Assembly (NCBI RefSeq): GCF_009914755.1
Contig: NC_060941.1
Direction: 5' to 3' (one strand)
Length of the DNA: 64,000 nt
Source: the human T2T-CHM13v2.0 reference genome, Homo sapiens
Shown here: piece by piece, positions 18,836-35,012 of the stretch
How positions within the stretch are numbered: the first letter of the stretch is position 1
Layout: every line of letters starts with the position of its first letter
The notes under the pieces: model-generated
Seen by the model: only the letters and a program-made list of their open reading frames with translations
Databases searched by the model: none
What the model was told of the DNA's origin: nothing
Translations under genes and position numbers: made by a program

Positions 18836-20013
18836 ACTACTGTTATTAAAGACTAGGGGGAGTAAGTTTCCAGAACAGGGTAGAGTCCATCTTAAGCAGA
18901 GGTAACTGCTTGTGTGAAGACCCAGAGGCAAAGAACAACAGGGTTCACAGAAGGAACTGGGCACAAGCTATCTGTACTACTGCGTACAGGATGCTCAGGA
19001 AGAAGTGGAGAGATGATCTGGCAAAACATTTCAACTCTACCTTCAAAGCTAGTTGAGCCATGGTGGAAGAGGGAGGGATATGATCATACGCTTGAACATG
19101 CATTTTACAAGGATCATGTTGGCAGCGACTTGGAAGAGAGAAAGCAGTCAAGGAGAATGATTACAAGACAACAGAAGGTCATGCAGCCAAAAGGGCGATG
19201 AAGGTCTGGACTCAAAAAGGAGAAGTAGGATGACTAGGAAAATATTATGAGCTAGGATCTCAAGAATGTGGTGACTAGAATGGCACAAGAAGGAACCCAG
19301 AGGCCTCTCAAATCCCTGATTTGAGTGACTGGCTGGGTGACACTACCGCTCACTAAGATACGAAGATAGGAAGAGGTTGGACTGGGGAAGTGGATAAGAT
19401 CATTTTAAAATGCCCATAAGATGGCCAGATGCAGTGGCTCACGCCTGTAATCCCAGCACTTTGGGAGGCTGAGGCAGGTGGATCACCTGAGGTCAGGAGT
19501 TCAAGCCCAGCCTGGCCAACATGGTGAAACCCCATCTCTACTAAAAATACAAAAACTGGCCGGACGTGGTGGCGCACACCTGTAATCCCAGCTACCCGGA
19601 GGCTGAGGCAAGAGAGTCGCTGGAACCTGGGAGGCAGAGGCTGCCGTGAGCCGAGACCGTGCCACTGCACTCCAGCCTGGGGGATAGAGCGAGACTCCGT
19701 CTCAATAGTAATAATAATAATAAAAAAATAAAATAAAATGCCCATAGGACATCCAAGTAGAGATGTCCAGGAAGCAACTGTGTATATGGGATTGGAGATC
19801 AGAAAACTAGTCAGAGCTGGAAAAACACACATTTGCAAATCATCGGCATATAGACGGCAAGTGAGGCACAAGTTTATCTAAGGCATTCCTCATAAACTGC
19901 ACAGGGTGAGAGGAAGAAGGGTCAAGGGAAGGCAAATACTAATGTTTTTAGGAGCAAAAGAGGAAAAAAGTCTGCAAAGAAAACCAAGAGTATGGGCCAG
20001 ACTTGGTGACTCA

Positions 20014-20306
<293 letters not shown>

Positions 20307-20437
20307 TTAAAGATAAATACATGAGAAGCTAAATAAATAATCTACTTCTTTAAGTCATGCTATCAATTTGCACCAAAATTTTCATTTCCTATGTGTAGGT
20401 GTCGAGGGTCTAGTACCCATGATAAATGATATACACC

Positions 20438-21917
<1,480 letters not shown>

Positions 21918-22146
21918 TAAGAAAATTCGCAGCTCAGGTTTACTAAGTACCTACCAGGTGCTGTTCTAAACACTCTGCGTGAATAAACTCATTTAATCCT
22001 TATAAAGTCCACTCTAGGATCTAGGTACTATCATTATACCCTTTTTACAGTGTGGACACCAAGGTTCTAAGAGGTTAATGAGCTTACCCAGTATCACATA
22101 GCCAGAGCCCTCTCTCTCACCACTAGTGTATGAGGAGCTATTATTA

Positions 22147-22465
<319 letters not shown>

Positions 22466-23577
22466 TTACAATAAGAACAGTAGTAGTCCACTGAACCAAA
22501 CACTGCCCTATGTCCTTTACAGATATAATACAAAAGTCCTCTGAAGTAAGTGTTATTATTTCCAGTATGAAGGAGGAACCTGAATCTCAGAGAGATTAAG
22601 AAAATCGCCCAAAGTCACACGGTTAAGAGTGCTGAGATTAGGCCGGGCACGGTGGCTCATGCCTGTAATCCCAGCACTTTGGGAGGCCGAGGCGGGTGGA
22701 TCACCTGAGGTCAGGAGTTTAAGACCAGCCTGGCCAAGCTGGTGAAACCCCATCTCTACTAAAAATAAAAAAAAAATTAGCTGGCCATGGTGACAGGTGC
22801 CTGTAATCCCAGCTACTTGGGAGGCTGAGGCAGGAGAATCACTTGAACCCAGGAAGTGGAGGTTGCAGTGAGCCAAGATCACCTGGACAACAAAGCGAGA
22901 CTCTTGTCTCATAAAAAAAAAAAAAGGAAGAAGAATGCTGAGATTATATCTAATTGCTAACTTAAGGGGATATACAATGAAAACCTGTTTTTACTAAAAC
23001 TTTAAGAACAAGTTAATTTTTTTTTTTTCTTTAATGAGACAAGAGACAAGGTCTGGCTCTATCACCCAGGCTGGACTGCAGGGGCGCAATCACAGTTCAC
23101 TGCAACCTCCACCTCCCAGGCTCGAGCCATCCTCCCACCTAGGCCTCTCAAGTAGCTGCAACTACAGGTGCACACCACCATGCCTGGCTAATTTTCTTTT
23201 GTATTTTTAGTAGAGATGGGGTTTTGCCATGTTGCCCAGGCTGTTCTCAAACTCGTGTGCTCCAGCGATCTGCCTGTTCAGCCTCCTAAAGTGCTAGGAT
23301 TACAGGCGTGAGCCATCGCGTCTGGCCAAGTTAAATTTTTTAATGCCTGACTTTGCAGTTCAATACTAGAAATATACATCTATAAATTCAAAATTCTTGA
23401 AGATCCCAAGAGAACACATGTCCTAGATTATGGGCCCTTTTGCGTGTGTATCCCCTCAACCACTGTTCAAGAACTATTCTCTCGGCTGGGCACGGTGGCC
23501 CACGCCTGTAATCCCAGCACTTTGGGAGGCCGAGTTGGGCGGATCATGAGGTCAGGAGATCGAGACCATCCTGGCTA

Positions 23578-23799
<222 letters not shown>

Positions 23800-23879
23800 T
23801 CAGTTAGAACCCTTGCCATTTCTCTGACTTCCAGACACAGAAAGAGAAGAAAAGGAAGGATTGAGATGCTGTTCTTTAA

Positions 23880-24083
<204 letters not shown>

Positions 24084-24253
24084 TAGCCAGGATGGTCTCG
24101 ATCTCCTGACCTCATGATCCGCCCGCCTCGGCCTCCCAAAGTGCTGGGATTACAGGCGTGAGCCACTGCGCCCAGCTAAAATTTTCAATTTTCTATTTAA
24201 TTTTTAAAATCTGATACAAACATCAGAAAGTGTAAAAAGATATAATGCAATGA

Positions 24254-24650
<397 letters not shown>

Positions 24651-27331
24651 TAAAGATCTTTTTTTTTTTTTTTTGCATACATACACCAATGCAAATTATC
24701 TTTTTCTCCTGTTTTTTTTTTTCCAAAAAACACAAAGGGTATCAAATCATACATACTGTTCTGCATCTTGCTTTCATCACTTAACTGTCTGCCTTGCAGA
24801 TCTTTCTATATCATATTAAATTATGTTTTAATTCTCTCGTTTTGCTTGTCAAGAACAGTTTTTACTTCATTTCACCATAGTTCAGTCTAGCACACAAGGC
24901 ATCCAGCAGCCCTAAGAACTACCTGAAACAACTGATGATGGCTCCATGCTACACACTAAAGACCCTGTATCTTTTCTCTCCTCCTCATCTTCATTTCACT
25001 CTTTTCTCCGACTCACTCAATTCTCCTTCCTTTCCCTATTCCTCTCCCATCTCACCCACTCCTTAGCCCTAACCCTGACAACTAGACCCTAGTAACATCA
25101 CTGACATTGCTTAGTCGTGGCTAGAAATATTCAGGCTTTAAAAAGGTACAGACCCCTAACACAGAGAAAAAGGGATAAATAATAATTTCCATGAGAACTT
25201 CTAATTAACGAGAGTGCCTTAAATTGAGGAGTTTTGGCTTGGAGTTATTCTTCCTTGTTACTTGCCTCCTCTGGCATTTTCATTTGTGAAGACTGAGTGA
25301 GTGTGACGCTATTTTCTATACGCATGGAAACAAGCACATACTCAGTCTAACATTTACGCAATGCCTGACAGAACGACAGAGTTCATTCTACAATAAGATA
25401 ATTGGAAACAAAATATAAGATCTATATAAAATAAACATTTGGGCTCCAAAATATGCACTTTAATTAACCTATCATTTCTTTTTACTTAAATTAAGTAGCT
25501 CCAATCTGAAACTACATCTTAGAAATGTTTTAAGGATATTCACCAATGAAAAAGAGAATAAAGTTCCCTCTCCCCACTTTTATTTTCCAGCCCACAAACT
25601 CAATGCTATCCTCCCCGCAAAAAGGACCTTTTTTTCTGACCAGACGAACACTGTAATTTTTAAGGTTTCTAAGTAATAAAAATAGGAAGAAAACATTACC
25701 CCCCAAAATTGGTTTACACTTAGAAGATGTTTCCCACTGAGCAAAGGATTGGTAAGGAACATAATATTAAGGCAACCACCTAACTGCATTCTTAAGTAGT
25801 AACAGGTGGTAACTCACGATATGGAGCTGATTTCCTTTCTCTATTCCTGCCATGCCAGAGACCTCTAGTAGAACTTCTGAGGTTACTGTATTACAACCCA
25901 GGTTCAGAGAGATTTAGAGGTAAAACCTTAAACACTGGAAATATCTTTAAAAGTAGGGCTTTGTGTACCAAATACATTCGTTAAAACCTAGGAAACTATA
26001 AAATGAAATCCAATGTATTGATCTCAATCCCCTTGCCTGCTTCCTAAAGAGGACAGAGGCCACCAACACTGGTGCTCAACACTTGCTAAGTCGAAACACT
26101 CTTACACAGGTCCTCTGATTCTTAACGGGTTCAGAACTTCTGGTTGCATTCCCCATGCAACCCTCCAACTCTACAGGGAGAATGCTGGAAAAACTGTGTC
26201 ACTTTGGCTTCCTGTATATTAATATAAGCACTCTTATCCAGCAATAGCAGCTGAAACATAAATGAAGATGAGAACTCAGCCTACATGACCTAAGATTTCC
26301 CACAAGTCCAGATATTTAGGTTACACACACTGCACTATTGTCTGATTTCTCCTCTGCATCAATCTGGAAGTCCACAGAGCAGATTAGCACCCAACAATCT
26401 TAACTAAGCTAGTATCCTACTCTGAAGAAAGGCGAAGCTGGTGGAGGGTTTCCAAGACTCCTTATCCTTCTCTGTCCTTCCTCCCATCCCCTCCTTACGT
26501 CTTTTCTGTTTGTTTTTATTTAATTTTTTTTTTAATGTATTTTTAGTCACAAGAAAATCAAAGAAGCCACCTACTTAAGTCTTAAGCTCTGCCCTTTGCT
26601 TAGTCCTAATGGAGAGTTCTTTGGCCATCTATGTACAAGAGATTAGAGGAGCCAAAGAGACTGGAGAACCACATCAATGGGAGCTTTTTCATCTAAAGGT
26701 CATCTGTCCACACTGTCCAAATGAGGTTTACCCTGTGAAATAAAACTTGGTGTAAGTGCTACCTGCTGAGAAAAATAGTATGAAATGTCACACAAAGGAC
26801 TGGGGTGCAGCAGGAGGACTCTGAAAGAGTCATACGTGTAAACCAGCAGGTCTTAGAATGCCCTAATATACTATATGAAGTTTCAGAGTAAACAAATGGT
26901 TAATGACACATCTTTTGTAACACATGAATCAGCTACTGATTTGCAAGAGTGGGACACACCCTAGTACCTATGACTCTAAAGTACCTGTTTGAAAAGTGGA
27001 CCTAGATGTTTGAATTGCCAACCCATCCTAAGACCGGAACATAATTTTACAACTATGTAAGTTGCCATAATTTAAAGTTAAAAAGATCACTGCCTTTCAT
27101 TATAATGGAAGTTAATTTGAGAACTTCATTAAAACATTCACACCGATAATCAAAGAACAGTAGAGATACAAAGTAAAATATAGCCAATCAATCCTAGGAA
27201 GCAAACACAAGAGGCAAGAGAAATGGCAGGTAAAGGAAGTGAAGAATAGCAAATTCAAAAACTACAATATTCCCAATTCTAAAGAAAAATGAATAAAATG
27301 AGGCTGGTAATGAAAAAATAACACATCTTAC

Positions 27332-27465
27332 CTTAAGAGGCATCCAAGTAGCATTCATAGTGTCAGGATATAAAGACAATACTCAGAAATGAGCAAGAAG
27401 TCTTAGTAATTCCCTCGGTTACCAAGTATAAGCAGGTAGGAAAATCTTTTGTTTCGAGAAGGTAT
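27332..27465 (-). other. Candidate 134-bp non-coding internal exon downstream of the CpG-island promoter
   Basis: Minus-strand acceptor ctaaatgaaaatcctctctttcag|ATAC and donor AAG|GTAAGA; non-repetitive; no transcript data available. Confidence 0.5.
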
Positions 27466-28289
27466 CTGAAAGAGAGGATTTTCATTTAGACTAAAAAATA
27501 ATCAAGACAATGCAAATAGTTTAAGCTACCTGGGCAGGGATTTTGAAGTACTATTTGCCTCATCGCACTAAAAAAGTATAGAAAATACAGTCCCCTTTAG
27601 AAAAGGGCAAATGTGTGTCTCCATATATATGTGTGTAGAAACATACTTTACATAAAAAGAGAAATAAATATGTAACACGTATTTTAGATAATGTAAAATT
27701 GCTTATCAAACAATTAGCCAAAATCCCAGAGAGAATAAAGTAATTTTCCAGGGTACTTCATAAACACTAAACGTGATTTGTTAACTAACCGTCTAAAGAA
27801 AGACCCTTGCCACATTTAATTATATTTAGTAAAGTAAAACTTCTCTAATCATCCCGACTGTCCCAAGATTATGCTTAAGTTTCAGAGTCAATTCCACATG
27901 AAAAGTAAAACCTATTCTTGACTGAAGTACTAGAAACAAATAAAAGACCCTTCTTCCCCAGAGATCGTTAAAAGCAGACCGAGCAACTTAATTTTGAGGG
28001 TGGGAGGAAGGTAAATTTGCCTGGAGGCAGGAGGATGGACTAAATGACCTCTGGTAGGATCCTCGTTCAAGTCCTGGGCCTGTATACAATTCCAGCTTAA
28101 CCAGTTACTGCTTCGCTTAAAATGGAGGCTTGCCTGCGTAGGGACAAAAATAACAGCACCCACTTCTTAAAAATAAATGTCGAAAAGTACCCCTTTTTAA
28201 ATAAAAATAAAAAATAAACACCTCTGGAGTGGATGTGTTCTTGCTATGCGTTTGTCACTGAGGCTTCGAAGACTTGGCATCACTTTCCT

Positions 28290-29200
28290 TACCGCTCACC
28301 GGATTTTGGGGGAGGAGCGGGGGGCGACAGTTTGACTCTTGACCCAAGTCTCAGGCGGACTTCAGAGCCCCACAGGGGCCCCCAACTCCAGAGCCAGAGG
28401 GAGCGGAGAGGCGAGAGCCCGAGATCGCACCTCCCCCCACCGCGGACCCCAGTCCCAAACCCACCCCTCACCTCCCCGCAGTGGGGCGCCTCCTTCTGCC
28501 CCATTCCCATTGTTAGGGAGGGCAGAGCGCGGGGTGGGCTCAGGGCAGGGGCGCCCGCGGCCGTTGCCCGGCTCGCTTCAGGAGGGGCGCCCCGCGGGAT
28601 GCGGCTTCCCTTCCTCTCCGCGTCGGTCCGTCCCACCTCGGCTCGGCCTGGCGCCCCGAGGTCCGCTCCGCGCCCCCGGCCGCGGCCCCGGCCCGCCCCC
28701 CGGGCAGCCAGGCCCTCAGGCCAGTCGGCCGGCAGCCGGCGTCCCAGGCCTACGAGTGGGCGCTGGGCGGGGGTCCCCGTGCCCCACACACGCGTCCCCT
28801 CTCCCCCAGCCCCGCCGCTTCCAGGGCCCTCGGCGGCGCCCGCTCCCCGGGCCCCGCGGCCCCCCGCCTCCCAGCCGGGCCGCTCCCTCGAGCTCGTCGG
28901 GTCAGGGACACCTCCTCTACCTCACCATCACCCTGGCCCACTCGTGCCCCCACCCCCAGGGGCACCAGTGCCAAAGGCAGCTCCCCCAGCCCCGGACCTA
29001 CCTGCACGGTTCAACCAAGCCTAGAAGTGGGGGCGGGGAATCTTCCGCCCTCCTCTGGCGCCCATTGGCCCTTCAGGGGCACATCGTGAGCGCCATTGGC
29101 TGAGCAATGGTGTCCGTCAGAGCGATGGGGCGGGACAGAAGGGGGAGAGGGATGCTGGTGCCTTGGCGTCTCTGTCTCTGTGTATCTCGTTGTCTCTGTC
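28290..29200 (-). promoter_or_regulatory. KANSL1: CpG-island promoter / first-exon region; inferred upstream alternative promoter of KANSL1 (paralogue of the LINC02210 promoter)
   Basis: Very GC- and CpG-rich; GC box 29029-29038; two CCAAT boxes (ATTGG at 29064 and 29095, 31 bp apart); minus-strand donors CAG|GTAGGT (29002), CCG|GTGAGC (28300), GCG|GTAAGG (28293); gene identity inferred from position ~18 kb from the MAPK8IP1 retrocopy. Confidence 0.75.
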
Positions 29201-30148
29201 TCTGTCTCGGCCCTTGGAAACGAGAGGCTTTTGGCTGAGAGGACTAGAAGGGGGCCTGAGGTGGGAGGAATAGGAATAGGAATCCTGACAGAGCGTCACG
29301 CCAGTTGGCCACTCTGAACGCCCTACCTAAGTCCCCTTTAGGTTCTCTTCTCCATCACCCCCAACCCCTGCCCCTCACCCCTCGAGGTTCTTTCATCCAG
29401 GAAGCGACGTGATGAAAACTCCAGGCCGGAAGGCCATAGGGAGAGATGTTATATATGTATATAAAATATACACATAAAAATGTTTATATATAAACTCAAC
29501 CAGATATCAGTTCACTAGGGCCTGGAAAGGAAAGGGCACACATCTCACAGACAGGGAAGGACTTGAGATAGAGCCGGTAGAAGAAGGAATCAAAAATCAC
29601 TCTAAGAGCTGGCAACAGTGGTTACCTCCTGGGAGAGGAACTGAGTGCCTAGGGAACCAGTGGGCGGAAGACTTACATATCTCGGCATATCATTTGTATC
29701 CATTGATTTTTGCACCATTCATCAAGATTCCAATTTAAAGAAAAGGATTTAAATGTTTAAATAAGGTCGCAAAACCAGGGGACAGACAAGATAATTGGGC
29801 AGGAAAATTGGCGCAACATGCAGATTTGGGGAGGAATCTTAGCTTTTAATATGTTCAGCTCCCGGTAACAGGGTTTTGTAAAACCCAGTGAAGGTGTCCC
29901 AGAGGCAACTGAAGTTATGGAACTTGAGAGAGGGTAGACAATCAGGACTAGAGAAGATGCAGGGTCCTCTGCCTAAAGATAGTGATCTATGACATGCTAA
30001 AGGATAAACTCCCAAAGAAGGGTAATAAGACACCCACAGTAAAAGGTAGGAGGACGAAAAAGAAGGTCAGTGAGGTAAAAGAAACAATATTAAAGAGGCA
30101 TGAAAATTAAGGGAGGAAGGGTCTGTGGAAAATAGAATAATAAAACTA

Positions 30149-30439
<291 letters not shown>

Positions 30440-30617
30440 TCAAAAAAAAAAAAAAAAAAAAAAAAACAACAAACAAACTGTGAGAGCCTCATAGGTCTTA
30501 CCTCTTTACCTCTTTAGGCTCTGGTAACCATGGGACAATAAGAATGAAAGCCAAGGCCGGGCACGGTGGCTCACGCCTGTAATCCCAGCATTTTGGGAGG
30601 CCAAGGTGGGCGGATCA

Positions 30618-30848
<231 letters not shown>

Positions 30849-30998
30849 TTAAGAATCTTTTTTCTGAGTTTATTAATTCTATTTAAATCAACCCCAGAAA
30901 ACACCTTCAACACAGCCTCTCATTTCATATCTGTAAAATGGGGCAAAAAAAAAAATAGTTCCTACCCTTTAGAGTTGTTGTGAAGATTAAATTAGTGA

Positions 30999-31256
<258 letters not shown>

Positions 31257-32003
31257 TGATCCGCCCGACTTGGCCTCCCAAGTGCTGGGATTACAGGCAT
31301 GAGCCATGGCGCCCGGCCTGTGTGATGGATTTTTTAAGAGCCTGACTGGCGGGGTGAGGTGGCTCATGACTGTAATCGCAGCACTTTGAGAGGCTGAGGC
31401 AGGTGAATCACTTGAAGCCAGGAGTTCGAGACCAGCCTGGGCAACATGGCGAGACCTCGTCTCTACAAAAACACACACACAAAAATTAGCTGGGTATGAT
31501 GGTGCATGCCTGTAGTCCCAGCTACTCAGGAGACTGAGGTGAGGGTCGCTTGAGCCTGGGAGGCAGAGGTTGCAGTCAGCCGAGATCTCACCACTGCATT
31601 TCAGCCTGGGTGACAGTGTAAGAACCTGTCAAAACAACAACAACAAAAAAAACAAAACAACAACAACAAAAAAACGCACGAAAAAAACCACATAAGCTCC
31701 TTGAGGGCAGAAACTGTCCCCTAGTCTTCTATATTTTATTTCACACAATGTACAGAAGACTAAATGAATAATTGTTAGCTGGTTTTTTTTTTTAAAGGGG
31801 ATAAGATCAGTTACAATGTCTTTTTCCTCAGTCAATCACATAAGTATCTAAAATGACATTCCAAAGTAAGGACAGGAGTTTAAATCCTGAACTATGGTAT
31901 CTAAAGTAAACTTGAACTTTCCTTATTTTTAAAAAATTTTGGCCGGGCGCGGTGGCTCACGCCTGTAATCCCAGCACTTTGGGAAGCTGAGGCGGGCAGA
32001 TCA

Positions 32004-32291
<288 letters not shown>

Positions 32292-32319
32292 TCATGGTGA
32301 CTAGAGACACCAGGTGAAA

Positions 32320-32379
32320 TTTTTTTTTTTTTTTTTTGGTGACACAACCCCAGGAGATCCTGTGAACATGTGTCCCTTG
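32320..32379 (-). mobile_element. 42-nt poly(A)-tailed micro-retroinsertion resembling an ERV1/MER4-group LTR motif
   Basis: T18 at 32320-32337, body 32338-32379, flanking direct repeat ACCAGGTGAA at 32309-32318 and 32380-32389. Confidence 0.7.
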
Positions 32380-32958
32380 ACCAGGTGAATTTCAGGAGCT
32401 TGCACTAGTCCCAGGTTAGCTGGCACCAGGTTGGCCCTAGTTTGAGTGCCTTCCACATACCAGGTACTGTGCTGGAGAAGTAACATCAAAAAGGAAAATC
32501 AAATTTCATCTTCAATAAGCAATCACAATACACTGTGATGAGAGTTAGGGTGAAGGAGGTTCAGGTTACCATGGGCTTATATTAGGAGGGCAAATTCTGT
32601 CTTCAAGTCTTTTTGCTTCAACAGTAGCGTTTAGATCTTGTGGGCTGGGCATGGTGGCTCTAGCCTGAAATCCCAGCACTTTGGGAGGGTGAAGTGGGCA
32701 GACTGCTTGAGCCCAGGAGTTGCAGATTAGCCTGGCAACATGGCGAAACCCCGTCTCTACAAAAAATACAAAAGTCAGCCAGGCATAGTGGTGCCTGCCT
32801 GTAGTTTCAGCTACTTGGGAGGCTGAGGTAGGAGGATCGCTTGACCCCAGGAGTTCAAGGCTGCAGTGAGCTACCATCGAGCCACTTCACTTCAGCCTGG
32901 GCCGCAGAATAAGACCCTGTCTGAAAAAAAAAATCTTGTGATATAATAACAGCTTGTG

Positions 32959-33010
32959 CACTCTTCGATAGCTCAGCTGGTAGAGCAGAGGGCTGTAGAC
33001 TGCATAGATA
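32959..33010 (+). pseudogene. Tailless retropseudogene of the 5' half of pre-tRNA-Tyr(GTA), with ~12 nt of intron
   Basis: tcttcgatagctcagctggtagagcagagggctgtag matches tRNA-Tyr 5' exon CCTTCGATAGCTCAGCTGGTAGAGCGGAGGACTGTAG; degenerate 16-bp TSD (14/16) at 32943-32958 and 33011-33026. Confidence 0.85.
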
Positions 33011-33345
33011 ATAATAACAGTTTGCGTTTTTGAGTCAAAGATGATACCCCAGAATCATTATCGAAAATAATGGTTGATCCATTCACCTGTGCCTATGACT
33101 GTGAGCCACATTGTGACCAATCTGTGAGCAACATGGGTGGGAATGCAGTTTGGGGCCATGGAACTCACTTAACAGGAAGTTCCAATAGCAGTGGATTTAC
33201 CATGTTGCGGCTGTAGGATCTTGGACAAATATTTAATGACCTCTGTCTCTCAGTTCTCTCAATAATAAAACATCCCTCCGAGAGTTGCTGTAAAGGTTAA
33301 CATAGGGGGAGTCTTGCAAATAGTAGGTGCTAAAATCCTGTCTTG

Positions 33346-33395
<50 letters not shown>
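33346..33395 (+). repeat. Poly(A)-(TA)n compound microsatellite
   Basis: Direct reading. Confidence 0.95.
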
Positions 33396-33398
<3 letters not shown>

Positions 33399-33743
33399 GA
33401 GATGAGATCTTCAATTGTACAGACTGTCCCTGTACCCATTCATTTGCATTTCTTTTCCTTTACAATAATACATATCTATGATTTCCTTTCATTCCCACTG
33501 TCATCAATTTAGTTAGATTACTGGGCAGAGATCACCAGTGGGGCTAGAGTAAAATGAAAATAAATGTACATTGACTCTAGGTATTCCTAAGTAATAGCAC
33601 AGTTTACTGTGTTCTCCCTCATAAATCCTGGTAGCTGAATGTTGCCTGCTTTTAGCAGTTACGTTTCTGCTCATCTCACCCTCAATGTTCATTAAGAAAA
33701 TAGTTATTGAATGGCCAGGCTCACTGGCTCACGCCTGTAATCT

Positions 33744-33985
33744 ATTACAGGCGTGAGCCACCGTACCCAGCCTTGGTTATCATATTTCTAATTTATAATA
33801 GTTTTTCTTGTTTTCTTATTGTTCATTTTTTATAGCATCCTGTTCTTATATTATGGATATATATCTTCAGGTCTCGCTGAAGAAATAAAGAGGTGTATGT
33901 GTATATATGTGTGTGTGTATTATCTTTATTTTTATTTTTTGAGATGGAATCTTACTCTGTCGCCCAGGCTGTAGTGCAGTGGCGC
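33744..33985 (+). repeat. ~240-bp copy of 37523-37762 inserted inside a sense Alu (33713-34255)
   Basis: Unique core tatcatatttctaatttat...caggtctcgctgaagaaataaagaggtgtatgtg at both sites; host Alu resumes at ttttgggaggctgagg and keeps its TSD aaaatagttattga. Confidence 0.93.
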
Positions 33986-34721
33986 TTTTGGGAGGCTGAG
34001 GTGGAAGGATCACTTAAGGCCAATATTTGGAGACCAGCCAGGGCAACATAACAAGACCCCCATCTCTACAAAAAAATTAAAAATTAGCTGGCCATGGTGG
34101 TGAGTGCCTGTAGTCTCAGCTACTTGGGAGGCTGAGGCAGGAGGATTGCTTGAGCCCAGGAGGTTGAGGGGGGAGGTGAGCCATGATTGAGCCACTGCAC
34201 TCCAGCCTAGGTGACAGAGTGAGACCCCATCTCTAAAAAAAAAGAGAGAGAGAAATAAAATAGTTATTGAGCACCTACTGTATGTCAGGTCCAAGACCCT
34301 AAAGATGTAAAGATGAATAAGGTGGTGACCCTGCCTTCCAGTTTCCACAAAGGTGGGGAATATGGATAAAAGCAGACAAAGCCATTGCCATGGGATAAGG
34401 GCAGAGAATAGCATGTGCAAATTATAGAAGGTGAGGGATAATATACCACTTTCCAGAAACTGATGGTTCAATGAGGCTAAAGCATGGAGTTCAAGAAAGG
34501 AAACCAGATGAGATTAACTGCAATGTGGTTCTCAAACTTAAATGTGCATAAAAACTGGCCTTGTTGACTGGGCACAGTGACTCACACCGGTAATCCAAGC
34601 ACTTTGGGAGGTCGAGGCGGGCGGATCGCTTGAGGTCAGGAGTTCGAAACTAGCCTGGCCAATGTGGTGAAACCCCATTTCTTTTTTTTTCTTTTTCTTT
34701 CTTTTTTTTTTTTTTTTTTGA

Positions 34722-34880
<159 letters not shown>

Positions 34881-34907
34881 TAGTAGAGACGGGGTTTCAC
34901 CATGTTA

Positions 34908-35012
<105 letters not shown>

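Noticed and set aside
28233-29103. 263-aa and 254-aa Pro/Arg/Gly-rich ORFs
   Set aside because: Stop-poor GC-rich CpG island; overlapping ORFs in several frames, no recognisable domain
32962-33010. Functional tRNA-Tyr gene
   Set aside because: 3' exon, B box and terminator are absent
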